From the IMG/VR virus record IMGVR_UViG_3300032373_000001: a DNA stretch of 64,000 nt; one strand, given 5' to 3'. Below are positions 27,377 through 36,007 of the stretch, one piece after another. A program made the translations under genes and the position numbers. Under the pieces are notes generated by a model. That model saw only the letters and a list, made by a program, of their open reading frames with translations, did no database searches and was not told where the DNA came from. Origin of the DNA: a virus (taxonomy: Duplodnaviria > Caudoviricetes). Every line of letters begins with the position of its first letter. Positions within the stretch are counted from its first letter, which is position 1.

Positions 27377-27730
27377 ATGAAAGAAGTGAACCTGCTGATC
27401 CGAGTACTCCTGAATGAGCAGGGGGCGGTGAAAAGCTCGCACCGCCCCCTCACCTCTCAAGACGCCGAGGAAGCCAAGACCTGGCCCAGCGGCGGCTTGG
27501 TGCACCTGAGCCAAGCCCTGTTCGTGGAGGCCCTGCGTCGGGATGCGTACCTCATGGTGGTCTCGATGCTGAGCCAGGGGACGAAGCACGAAGACCTGAC
27601 GCCTCAGCAGGTAGCGGAGACTGTTCGGGTCCACTGGATGGAGCAGCTGGGCCGCTTCGGGGAGCAGGCGGCAGTCGAGGCTTTACAGAATACTTCTCCT
27701 ATCGAGGAGCCCGGGCAAGGAGGTTCCTGA
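27377..27730 (+). CDS. hypothetical protein
   Basis: 117 aa, coupled to the next gene. Confidence 0.7.
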   Translation: MKEVNLLIRVLLNEQGAVKSSHRPLTSQDAEEAKTWPSGGLVHLSQALFVEALRRDAYLMVVSMLSQGTKHEDLTPQQVAETVRVHWMEQLGRFGEQAAVEALQNTSPIEEPGQGGS

Positions 27731-28215
27731 TGAAAAAGCTCTCTTCGCTCACCCGCCTCAAGCTCCTGAAGATGGCCCAGGCCATGCCCAAGGGCGACGA
27801 GACCCGTCGCGCCATCCTCAGCGCACTCAAGAAGGTCGTCCCCCAGCGCGACAAGACTGCGTCTGGGAAGCTGAGGGGCAAGATCACCTTGATCATCAAC
27901 GGTCGGTACTCGAATATTGCCCGCGTCCGCAACTTCGACATGAAAGACTGGCCCAAGTTCGTCGAGATGATGAACGACGCCTATATGTGGTTCGACTCCA
28001 ACGACATCGACTCGATCGACCGGGAGGTTCAGGAACTGAAGGATCAGATCAAGGAGCTCGAGAAGCAAAAGGCAGGCGGCAAGAAGTACGTGGACTTCTT
28101 CAAGAAGTGGCGCCTCGACCCCACAGACTTCCTGGGCGGTATCGACATTCAGGGTGAGGACTCCGAAGGCACCCTCTGGGAAGAAGAGATGGGCGACTGG
28201 TACAAGCAGGCCTGA
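27730..28215 (+). CDS. hypothetical protein
   Basis: 161 aa, AGGAGG RBS; basic N-terminus, acidic C-terminus. Confidence 0.75.
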   Translation: MKKLSSLTRLKLLKMAQAMPKGDETRRAILSALKKVVPQRDKTASGKLRGKITLIINGRYSNIARVRNFDMKDWPKFVEMMNDAYMWFDSNDIDSIDREVQELKDQIKELEKQKAGGKKYVDFFKKWRLDPTDFLGGIDIQGEDSEGTLWEEEMGDWYKQA

Positions 28216-28218
28216 GCC

Positions 28219-29382
28219 CTATTCGACTCCGAAGTCGTCCATGAAAGAAGCATCCTTGGCCTGTTCGCTGAGGTGCTTCTTTTTGCGGTATGCGTGCTGC
28301 TCTTGGGGCGAGCGATGCTTGGCCCGCCACTTCTGGTACTTGGCGAACTCCTCCTCCTGAGTGCCCGCTCCCGCCAGGTCTTCTCGGAGATACATGACGA
28401 GCGAGATGCGCTCGTAGTTCTCTTCGCCTTCCACTGCGGGCTCGATCGGGGTGTTGCCGTGGAAGTGGTGCGCGACATCCATCCCGACGAAGTCCCCCTG
28501 CCGGCAGTCGAAGGCCACCCGGAACTGGGGGAAGACTGTGTAGCCGCCCTTGTAGGTGTGCTCCCCAGCTTCCAGGACACTGAAGTTTTCCAGCCCCGCC
28601 TTGAAGTCCCCCGCGTCCTGGTGACAGGCGGTCTGGAAGTTCTTGTTGACGGTGATGGTCGAGTACACGGTGCCCGGAACAACCCACTCCCGCTTGTCGA
28701 GCTCGTGCTGCTCCACGAATTCCCGCTGGGTCTGGTAGCGGTCGGGGTGTAGCTCTTCGAAGAGCTCGGTGCACCGTCGGAGGAACGGCCACGCCTGCTT
28801 GAACTTGTCCCAGTTGTCGCGGGTGTATGCGGTCTTGCGGACGTAGGGGTTCCGGGCGGTCGGGGGGAAGAAGCCTGCAATTCCGCCCATGGTCATGTTG
28901 GCTTCGACTGTGTCGGAGATGAGCCCATCCTTGGTGACGTACTTGGCGCGAGTGCCGTCGCCCACAGGGATGACACGTGCAACGTCTCGACCGAAGCGGG
29001 TGGGGTCCACCTTGCCTCCGGCCACCCCCCGGTTCTTGGAAGGGCGGGCAGCCCCCTTCAGCCCGATATAGGCCCCCTCACACTCTTCCGGAGTGAAGAC
29101 CCCCTTGCGGAAGACCAGAAACAACCGCTCGGCCAACCCCTCTTCCTCGGTCTTCTCGTCGCCGAACATGTCGAACACGCTCTCTTGGTGCGGCGCGTAG
29201 ACGTTGGTGTCGCCGTTGACCAGGACCTCGAAGGAGTCCACGTCGATGAACTCTGCCTTGAGCTTGGCGGTCTCCTCGTCTGTGAGGAAGCCCTCTCCCG
29301 TCAGTTCTACGCAGAGGACCCCGTCCTCTCGGGTCCACTCGTACCAGACCAGTCCGTTGCTCTCTTTCCGCTGTTTGTCCAC
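28219..29382 (-). CDS. TET/JBP-family 2OG-Fe(II) DNA dioxygenase
   Basis: YSTITVNKNFQTACHQDAGD (HxD), FHGNTP (distal His), ERISLVMYLRE (2OG Arg); AGGAGG RBS before GTG 29382. Confidence 0.9.
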   Translation of the reverse strand: MDKQRKESNGLVWYEWTREDGVLCVELTGEGFLTDEETAKLKAEFIDVDSFEVLVNGDTNVYAPHQESVFDMFGDEKTEEEGLAERLFLVFRKGVFTPEECEGAYIGLKGAARPSKNRGVAGGKVDPTRFGRDVARVIPVGDGTRAKYVTKDGLISDTVEANMTMGGIAGFFPPTARNPYVRKTAYTRDNWDKFKQAWPFLRRCTELFEELHPDRYQTQREFVEQHELDKREWVVPGTVYSTITVNKNFQTACHQDAGDFKAGLENFSVLEAGEHTYKGGYTVFPQFRVAFDCRQGDFVGMDVAHHFHGNTPIEPAVEGEENYERISLVMYLREDLAGAGTQEEEFAKYQKWRAKHRSPQEQHAYRKKKHLSEQAKDASFMDDFGVE

Positions 29383-29415
29383 CCAGCACCTCCTGTTCAC
29401 TCGACTAAAAACGAA

Positions 29416-29449
29416 GCCGACCCCTCTACTTACCGTGAGAGGGGTCGGC
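29416..29449 (-). terminator. terminator-like hairpin between amidoligase and TET/JBP
   Basis: 12-bp stem GCCGACCCCTCT/AGAGGGGTCGGC, followed on the minus strand by TTCGTTTTT. Confidence 0.65.
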
Positions 29450-29473
29450 AGGCCACAACCTTAATGTTCGAGG

Positions 29474-30496
29474 TTACCCGCCGAACATGTCGAAGGCGTC
29501 GTCGGGTCGGGGGGCGATTTCCACGGGCTTGCCTTGGATGCGTCGGAGGTGCGGGAAGATGTCCTTGGAGGAGACCCCAGCGATGTCCTCGATGTCGATC
29601 AGCTCTCGCAGCTGGTTGTGGCGCGCTGCCACAACCTTGCGCGGGTTCTTGTCGAAGTTGGTCCACTGGTAGAGCTGCTCGGTCTCGAACTCGTAAGGTT
29701 CGAACTCCGGGAATTTGAACGGGCCTTCCTCTCGGAGGAACAACTCCGGGGACTTCTGCTCAGCGCTCAAGGCATGCCTCAAGAAGGCGCGGCACCAGCG
29801 GATGGCGGAGAGCATCTCGTCCATGTTCAGGGTGCCAGGGAAATGGCGGAACTCGATGGTCTCGGTCTCTTCCCACATCTGGCGGAGGTTGATGCCGGCA
29901 CGTGGGCTGAAGTACCACATGCGACCCTTCTCGGTCGCCGGTGCGTGCTCCTCGTAGAAGCCTTGGGTGGTCGTGGCTGCGAGCATCGCCGCAACTCGTT
30001 TCTTGGGCATCTTGTACTGGTGGGACTTGTGCCGCCTCTTTTCCCGCTTCCGTTCCCACTCATACACCTCGGGAGGCAGGCTGGGGTCCGTCTTGGGGAT
30101 GCGTTCCACGATGCTGAAGGCGTCTTGCTGGTGCTGGTCGATGTACCGCAGCAACCTCTTGCAGCCCTCCAGGTCGTCCTTCAGCCCCGGAACCCGCACG
30201 TGGATGTGAAGGTTGGAGCGGTAGTTGACGATGGGTGCAGGACCCCCCTTCGGGAGGGCAGCGTTGATTCGAGCGATGTGCTCGACCTGCTGTTCCGGGG
30301 TGGAGGTCGGCCTCGTGTTGATCTCACCCCCGTACCGATACAGCTTGCCGACAGGGTCGTTGGCGATGCCCGTTGAAGAAACGCAGGTGTTGTCCTTGTC
30401 GTTCCACTGAGCGCCGTCGGGAAGCTCAGCGAAGCGGAAGCAGTTGCCGTACTCCAGCTCTGCACCGTAGGTGAAGCTGTCTACATCGTATTTCAT
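29474..30496 (-). CDS. putative amidoligase (COOH-NH2 ligase, Amidoligase_2-like)
   Basis: Real start ATG 30496 (ATGA overlap); YGAELEY, GGEINTRP, SNLHIHV, RAGINL, ETIEFRHF. Confidence 0.8.
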   Translation of the reverse strand: MKYDVDSFTYGAELEYGNCFRFAELPDGAQWNDKDNTCVSSTGIANDPVGKLYRYGGEINTRPTSTPEQQVEHIARINAALPKGGPAPIVNYRSNLHIHVRVPGLKDDLEGCKRLLRYIDQHQQDAFSIVERIPKTDPSLPPEVYEWERKREKRRHKSHQYKMPKKRVAAMLAATTTQGFYEEHAPATEKGRMWYFSPRAGINLRQMWEETETIEFRHFPGTLNMDEMLSAIRWCRAFLRHALSAEQKSPELFLREEGPFKFPEFEPYEFETEQLYQWTNFDKNPRKVVAARHNQLRELIDIEDIAGVSSKDIFPHLRRIQGKPVEIAPRPDDAFDMFGG

Positions 30497-31203
30497 GGGG
30501 TCGGGGAAGCCTTGGGCTGGAGGTCCTGTTGGGACTGAGGAGAGCCGACGCTCAGCAGGCTGAGGACCCTGGCTCCGGGGGTGAGCTGCGTCTTGTAGTG
30601 CATCTTGAGCTGCATGGGGTCGTTCTCGACTCCTGACCTCAACGCGATGTCCCGCGTTGAAGTGATCAGTTGACCGTTGTTTACCTTGGTGAGGTAAAGG
30701 GGGCGCTTGCCGTTGCGGTAGGCGATCATCGTCCGGTTGGCGTGAAGCTCTACCGCCGCGATGCTGGAGTCCAGCCAATCCTGGAACGGGTTGCCTCGCT
30801 TCCGAAGGAGGAGTTCTGTGTCGTTCTTGGTCTCGCAGGCGACCCCGTAGAGACCCTCCCAGTTCTCGGGGAGCTCCTGGGAGATGACCCCGTTGTGGAC
30901 CAGCGCGGTGTCCTCAGTAGAGAGCGGCTGGTTGTACTCCAGGTCGCTGGTCGAGTACCTGCAGTGGCCGAGGAGGTACAGGTTCCCGTCTTCGTTGAGG
31001 TACTGCGAGGGGTCCTGGAGGTGACGCTCAACGAAGACCTCAGCGGGAACAGGTTCCTTGATCGTGTGCAGGTTCCCCCCTTGGAGCCATGTCATGCCCG
31101 TGGCATGCTTGCCACGGATTTGGCTCTGAAGGAACACTTCTACCAGCAGGTCAAGCTCTGCCGGCTTGGGGGCCGCGAAGTATGCCCCGATTACTCCACA
31201 CAT
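30493..31203 (-). CDS. class II (Ntn) glutamine amidotransferase
   Basis: MCGVIG (N-terminal Cys), GHCRYSTS, HNGVI, NDTE. Confidence 0.9.
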   Translation of the reverse strand: MCGVIGAYFAAPKPAELDLLVEVFLQSQIRGKHATGMTWLQGGNLHTIKEPVPAEVFVERHLQDPSQYLNEDGNLYLLGHCRYSTSDLEYNQPLSTEDTALVHNGVISQELPENWEGLYGVACETKNDTELLLRKRGNPFQDWLDSSIAAVELHANRTMIAYRNGKRPLYLTKVNNGQLITSTRDIALRSGVENDPMQLKMHYKTQLTPGARVLSLLSVGSPQSQQDLQPKASPTP

Positions 31204-32681
31204 CACTCACCCCCAAAGAGGTCGAACACATCATCGCGGGTGTCGGCCTTGATCGTATCGCCTTTGAACATCCACCCCATCCGGGCAAACTTCCCTGAGT
31301 CCAGGAAGGTGTAGCCTGCGGGATTGATGCCGGTGCGGTGCGTCAGCCGGTAGTCCAGCTGCTCAGTGCGGGACTGCCAGAGCACGTCCCAGTCGATCCC
31401 ATGCCAGCCGTCGCCCTCGCACCGTTGAATCTCCCCCGCCTGCCGGTCCAGATAGTATCCGAGGTAGCGACTGTGCTTCGGTCGCCAGATCTTCTTGAAC
31501 GAGCAGAGGCACGTCTCCATGCTGAAGAAGTCGGCGTCCTTCTTCAGGCGGGGGAAGCGGGCGTGCACCTCTGCCAAGATGGAGGCCCCCTCCTCTTCCA
31601 GCCGCTGGTACTCTCCCGCAGTCAGCTTAGTGTCGACCTCGGACTCCCGCCCCAGTGCCCAGAGCAGTCCGTTCCGGTGAGAGCGGCTGCCGCTGTAGTC
31701 CTTCAACATGAGGGAGGTGGCTTCCACCGGAACACCTGCCGTGTGCTTCAGGTGCTGGAGGAAGAACCACGTAGAATAGCGACCAAACTTGTAGAGCCCG
31801 CTGAGCTGCCCCCACAGGTTCTCGAAGGTTTCTTCCTCGGTCTCCCCGTAGAACTGAGCGAAGCGGTCGTGCTGGAGCCCGTTGCCCACCCACTCAGCAT
31901 AGCTGGCGTACATGGCCGGCAGGTGACCCTTGTTCCATTTGGTGTCGGTCTGGTAGCGGAGCCTGGAGTAGTTGGCATTGTTCCAGAGCGTCAGCCGGTC
32001 GTGCGTTGCCAGCTCGAAGTCGGGGAACTCGTTGATGATGATCCAGCTCGTCGGGAGGTAGTAGGTGTTCCCGTACAGCCAGCTCAGCCACAGTCTCTGT
32101 TCCGAGTTGTGCTCGTACCGCTCGTGGAGGTAGTTGGTCATCCACAGGGCCGGGTCACAGTCCCGGAATTGAAGGGACCATGCATACCACCGGATGAAGG
32201 CTTCCCTCCGGTTCTCCGTAAGCCTGTAGTCCCCTGGGGGAGGGGCATGGGTAGGCAGGCCGCATCGGAACAGGCGCATGGCGGAGCGGATCTGGTCGAC
32301 CACTCGCTTGTGGTCCTTGGTACCCTTGGAGTAGTTGGGGTCCGGAATCCGCGTCTCACCGATGAGGTCGCTGACCCGAACAGACTTCCCGAAGACCTCG
32401 TCGCCGAACTGCTCTCGCAGCCGACGCTCGTTGCCGTTGTCCATGTAGAAGATGACGTCGGCCCAGTCGATGAGGTCTTGGCGGACGGCGGTGGACCGGA
32501 TGCCCAGACCATCCAGGCCCCGGCTCCTCAAGGCTGTGCGCATCTTCTTCGTGGTCCGGACCCCGTCCTTGCCTTTGAGGGCAGCGGAGCGGATGTCCCA
32601 GTGAGGCTCCATTGCTTGGAGCATGATGTGCCCGGCCGGGGAACGGTTGATGTTCCCGTGGCACAAAAACAAGACGCGCAC
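31203..32681 (-). CDS. LMW-PTP-like phosphatase fused to an amino-acid:DNA transferase (aGPT-Pplase-like)
   Basis: N-terminal about 140 aa: LFLCHGNINRS...IPDPNY. C-terminal part: RDCDPAL, KFGRYSTWFF, METCLCSFKK, YLGYY, matching my recollection of clade-2 aGPT-Pplase. Confidence 0.72.
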   Translation of the reverse strand: MRVLFLCHGNINRSPAGHIMLQAMEPHWDIRSAALKGKDGVRTTKKMRTALRSRGLDGLGIRSTAVRQDLIDWADVIFYMDNGNERRLREQFGDEVFGKSVRVSDLIGETRIPDPNYSKGTKDHKRVVDQIRSAMRLFRCGLPTHAPPPGDYRLTENRREAFIRWYAWSLQFRDCDPALWMTNYLHERYEHNSEQRLWLSWLYGNTYYLPTSWIIINEFPDFELATHDRLTLWNNANYSRLRYQTDTKWNKGHLPAMYASYAEWVGNGLQHDRFAQFYGETEEETFENLWGQLSGLYKFGRYSTWFFLQHLKHTAGVPVEATSLMLKDYSGSRSHRNGLLWALGRESEVDTKLTAGEYQRLEEEGASILAEVHARFPRLKKDADFFSMETCLCSFKKIWRPKHSRYLGYYLDRQAGEIQRCEGDGWHGIDWDVLWQSRTEQLDYRLTHRTGINPAGYTFLDSGKFARMGWMFKGDTIKADTRDDVFDLFGGE

Positions 32682-32690
32682 GGGCGCCTC

Positions 32691-33308
32691 CTACTCGAAG
32701 GAGTGGATGAAGTCCAGGATCTGCTGTGCCACCTCGGATGGGGTGACGCCCTCCACCGTGATGTTGAGCAGTCGGTTCTCTTCGTCCGTCGGATCGCCCC
32801 CGTCGCCGAACATGTCGAAGAGGGAGTTGTCCTGGGGCAGGAAGCGGTCAGCGAAGCGTCGGGCCTTGCTGACGCGCCCCTTGAGCCAAGTGGGGTTTTG
32901 GTCGCTGCCCCGCTCCTTGCGGCGCGCATCCATCACTTCGTCGCTGGCCCCCAGGTGAGCGCAGAGCACCTTGACGCCTCGGTCTTCCAGGAACTTCTTC
33001 GCATTGGCGTGACTGAAGCGGTCGCCGTCGAACACCGTGTACTTGTAGGTGGCGTCGGGGAGGATCTCCTCCTCCCAGTGCTCCACGCAGGGGACCCAGC
33101 CATCGTTGGGGACCGTGTCTGCGCCGTCGAAGGTTCCGGTCCCGTAGTGGCCTGCGAACACGTAGGGGCCTCCATTCTGAAGGCACCACTTGATCTTCTT
33201 GGTCTCGTCGTGGGTGAAGTTGGTGTAGTCCTTCCCGAGGATGATACGGGCGGTGGTTGTTTTGCCGACGCCTGGAGGGCCGACGAGGAACAGCGCGATG
33301 TGGGCCAT
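32691..33308 (-). CDS. P-loop kinase of the 5hmU-DNA kinase type
   Basis: GPPGVGKTT, GHYGTGTFDGADT, FDGDRF, RRKERGSDQNPTWLKGRVSK; adjacent to the transferase. Confidence 0.75.
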   Translation of the reverse strand: MAHIALFLVGPPGVGKTTTARIILGKDYTNFTHDETKKIKWCLQNGGPYVFAGHYGTGTFDGADTVPNDGWVPCVEHWEEEILPDATYKYTVFDGDRFSHANAKKFLEDRGVKVLCAHLGASDEVMDARRKERGSDQNPTWLKGRVSKARRFADRFLPQDNSLFDMFGDGGDPTDEENRLLNITVEGVTPSEVAQQILDFIHSFE

Positions 33309-33311
33309 TTT

Positions 33312-33854
33312 CTATCCTTCCTGGGCGATCTTTACGAGCCAAGGATACAGGTTCTTGTGGTTGGGTTCGGCGTAGAGGAAGCCCCTCCCGCCTGCGTCGT
33401 GGAACTCTCGGGTGTTCCGGTCGTAGTCATCCACGAGGTAGCTCTCGGGGGTCGCGTAGAACTGCTTCTGGCGAGAGGTCGCTACGCAGTTGAACCTCCG
33501 CAGCGCTTTCAGGTCGATCAAGTCCCCGTAGTGTTTGCGGAGGAACTCTACCTTCCCGGCGTGAGCCGCCTCTCCCATGTCCCCATCGTAGGAGCCCAGC
33601 GAGGTGAGGATCTCCACGTTCCAGCCGTTCTCGTGAGCTGCCTCCATCAGGACCTTCCAGTCCTTCAGGTGGAGGGGTGCGGCTTCGCTGAAGAACTTCC
33701 TCTTGCCTACCGTCTTCCACGCCTTCACGTAGTGGGCGTGCTTTTCTCGGTCGGGGAGATGGCCGTAGGAGCCAGGCTCCCATCCGAGGAGCTGATCGCA
33801 TCGTCCGACGAAGTCCACGAGGACCCCGTCCATGTCAAGGTACAAGGTCTTCAT
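33312..33854 (-). CDS. HAD 5'(3')-deoxyribonucleotidase (NT5C-like)
   Basis: YLDMDGVLVDF, ILTS, LVDDYDRN. Confidence 0.85.
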   Translation of the reverse strand: MKTLYLDMDGVLVDFVGRCDQLLGWEPGSYGHLPDREKHAHYVKAWKTVGKRKFFSEAAPLHLKDWKVLMEAAHENGWNVEILTSLGSYDGDMGEAAHAGKVEFLRKHYGDLIDLKALRRFNCVATSRQKQFYATPESYLVDDYDRNTREFHDAGGRGFLYAEPNHKNLYPWLVKIAQEG

Positions 33855-33861
33855 AGGCTTG

Positions 33862-34098
33862 TTACTCCGTGTCGACGGTCAACTGGGTCTCGACCCAGCA
33901 GGTCGCGCCGCAGCTCAGGGGGTTGCCTGGACGGTACACTACCCTGGCGACCTCTTTTCCCGAAGAGTCTCGGAGGATGGCGGTGGAGGCACGGCGATTG
34001 CGGCTGTAGTCCTTCACCGTCAAGGGGGCTTCTTGCTCTCCGCACTTCTTGTTGCGCTTGATGATGTGCTGATTGACGTGGATGCGCGTGGTCTTCAA
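33862..34098 (-). CDS. conserved-looking small phage protein
   Basis: TTG start; KTTRIHVNQHIIKRN...VVYRPGNPLSCGATCWVET. Confidence 0.7.
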   Translation of the reverse strand: MKTTRIHVNQHIIKRNKKCGEQEAPLTVKDYSRNRRASTAILRDSSGKEVARVVYRPGNPLSCGATCWVETQLTVDTE

Positions 34099-34352
34099 GG
34101 CTCGTTCCCCAAGGTCAGCCCCGCCTTCCGCCGCTTCTCGTTGTAGTGGGCGTTCTTGTTGCTGCACCGCCGGGAGCAGTACTTGCTCTTCTGGCGGCTT
34201 GGCTTGTGACAATCCATCCAGGAGCACTCTTTGGCTCCTGGATGGATTGTACCGCTTGCGGGCTTCTTGGTGTTGGTCGGGCCTCGCATTCCCATCAGGA
34301 ATTCCGCGATGGATGCCATGCGCTTGAGGTCTTCTTGGGTCGTGTCTGCCAT
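34095..34352 (-). CDS. small four-Cys Zn-binding protein
   Basis: AGGAGG RBS; CSWMDC...YCSRRCSNK. Confidence 0.7.
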   Translation of the reverse strand: MADTTQEDLKRMASIAEFLMGMRGPTNTKKPASGTIHPGAKECSWMDCHKPSRQKSKYCSRRCSNKNAHYNEKRRKAGLTLGNEP

Positions 34353-34392
34353 TGGCGTAGGAATTCCTCCTGAGTGAAGGCAGTGACCCTTA

Positions 34393-34896
34393 TTACCGGC
34401 CCCGGTTCTTCCTCTTCTTGCCGTTGATGCGGGTGTCTTCGTCGGCTTGTTGGATGTCGACATCCAACCCGGTGACTTGGGACCGTAAAGATTTGCCTAC
34501 CCGGACATCCACCCCGCCGACTTCGGAGTCAATCAGCTCCCCCACCTCGATGCCCAGGCCGAAGATCTTGCAGTTGGTGGCCTTAGCGATCTTGATGTCA
34601 GTGCCCGTGATGGTCTGGTCTCGAACCACTCCGAATTCCTGCCCTCGGAACAGCGATCCGAATCCCGTCTTCTTTCTCGCAGGCTCCTTTGGCGGAGGCT
34701 TCTGCCAGCCCGCTGCTGGCTTCGAGTGGTCGTAGGGCTCGAAGGTGTAGCCTGTGGTCCCGCACCCGCAGACCATCATAGACCACCCATTCTCCAGCGC
34801 CTGGGTTCCCCACTGCGGTGCAGGTCCCCGATTACAACGGGAACACTCTACAGCCTGCTTGAAGTCCACGGGGTGTTCGATCTTGGTCGGGTTCAT
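34393..34896 (-). CDS. hypothetical protein (CxxC...CxC)
   Basis: GGAGG RBS before ATG 34896. Confidence 0.65.
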   Translation of the reverse strand: MNPTKIEHPVDFKQAVECSRCNRGPAPQWGTQALENGWSMMVCGCGTTGYTFEPYDHSKPAAGWQKPPPKEPARKKTGFGSLFRGQEFGVVRDQTITGTDIKIAKATNCKIFGLGIEVGELIDSEVGGVDVRVGKSLRSQVTGLDVDIQQADEDTRINGKKRKNRGR

Positions 34897-34920
34897 GGAT
34901 CCTCCGACCAAGATTACGTC

Positions 34921-35331
34921 CTACTCCCAAGTTCCTTTCATGAAGTCGTACAGCATGTTGAAGTGGGCCAGCCCCTCGCGCATCCAGAGGTGAAGCCGGA
35001 ACCACTCATTGGAGGAGCGCAGGAGGAAGGCTGCCTGATCCCGTGTGGGGAAGGCGGCGAACCCGTAACGGTTCGGGTTCGCGCAGACGATCGCGAGCGC
35101 CCGGTACAGCGCATCCCCGAGATCGATGTCTCCGGGGATGTACTCCAGTCCTTGCATCCAGGGGGAACCTGCGGGCTTGCACGGCAGCCGGGTCCCCAGA
35201 ATCTTGCACTCTGGGTAGAAGGTCAGGTCCCCCTGAAGGAGTGCGGGGTAGTTTGGGTCCCCGGCAGCGGCCGGGATTTCAAGGAAGTACGGGTTAAATT
35301 GCATCAGACTCTTCAGCAGAGGGTTCTTCAC
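34921..35331 (-). CDS. hypothetical protein
   Basis: 136-aa ORF, collinear. Confidence 0.6.
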   Translation of the reverse strand: MKNPLLKSLMQFNPYFLEIPAAAGDPNYPALLQGDLTFYPECKILGTRLPCKPAGSPWMQGLEYIPGDIDLGDALYRALAIVCANPNRYGFAAFPTRDQAAFLLRSSNEWFRLHLWMREGLAHFNMLYDFMKGTWE

Positions 35332-35728
35332 GCACCCTGCCGCGAGCTGCTGCCAGGGCGCGCTCGTACTTACTATCCGCCTCAGCTCGCTCTGACTCGT
35401 ACCTCTTGTGGAGCCGCGCCTCCCACATTTCCAATCCCTTGGAAGTGAGATAGTAGCGGTCCTCTTCCCTCGTGCGAGAAGCCATTGCCCGAGGGTTCAG
35501 ATTCCCTCGCATGTAGGCTTCTTGGTAGATGTAGCGCATGCCTCCGATGCCCGTTGAGGCTCCCATCAAAGGGTGCGCGGTCACCTTGACGCGCACCCTC
35601 ACGATCAGGCCGTGCTTGATCAAGGAAGGCACCGTGCGGCCCAGGAGGTAGCCGTACATCTTGCCGCCTTCGGCAGCAGTCTTCATGGCTTCCCACTGCT
35701 GGGACGTGAGTCGGGGCTTCTTGGGCAT
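35294..35728 (-). CDS. winged-helix-like protein
   Basis: LTSQQWEAM...TVPSLIKHGLI...YYLTSKG. Confidence 0.55.
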   Translation of the reverse strand: MPKKPRLTSQQWEAMKTAAEGGKMYGYLLGRTVPSLIKHGLIVRVRVKVTAHPLMGASTGIGGMRYIYQEAYMRGNLNPRAMASRTREEDRYYLTSKGLEMWEARLHKRYESERAEADSKYERALAAARGRVREEPSAEESDAI

Positions 35729-35731
35729 GGC

Positions 35732-36007
35732 CTACCTCTGGGTGTTTTCGTCCGCGCGGAGGATGTCTTGCAAGTATTTCTTGTGGACTGCTGCCGCCTC
35801 CGCAGCAGCTTGCTCTTCCCGCTGCTCGGTGTATACCTGTAGTCCGTTTGGAGTCAGGGCAAGCCGCCCTTCACCAGGGGTGACCACCAGACCCTTCTTC
35901 ATCAGGCGTTCGATTGCGCCTGCGTAGAGGTGGGCCTTGGGACCGCCGCGAGGAGCCTCGCCCCAGGCAGCGACCCAGCTGAGGATATGGTGCTCAGTCT
36001 CCCTCAC
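35732..36007 (-). CDS. winged-helix-like protein
   Basis: TEHHIL...AIERLMKKGLV...LALTPNG. Confidence 0.55.
   Translation of the reverse strand: MRETEHHILSWVAAWGEAPRGGPKAHLYAGAIERLMKKGLVVTPGEGRLALTPNGLQVYTEQREEQAAAEAAAVHKKYLQDILRADENTQR

Noticed and set aside
28219-29382. TET paired with the window's MTase for 5mC oxidation
   Set aside because: The MTase is an amino-MTase (SPPY), not a C5 enzyme (no PC/ENV motifs). A C5-MTase outside the window is not excluded.
29474-30778. 434-aa version of the amidoligase
   Set aside because: The first 94 codons overlap the GATase gene; ATG 30496 gives a clean ATGA junction.
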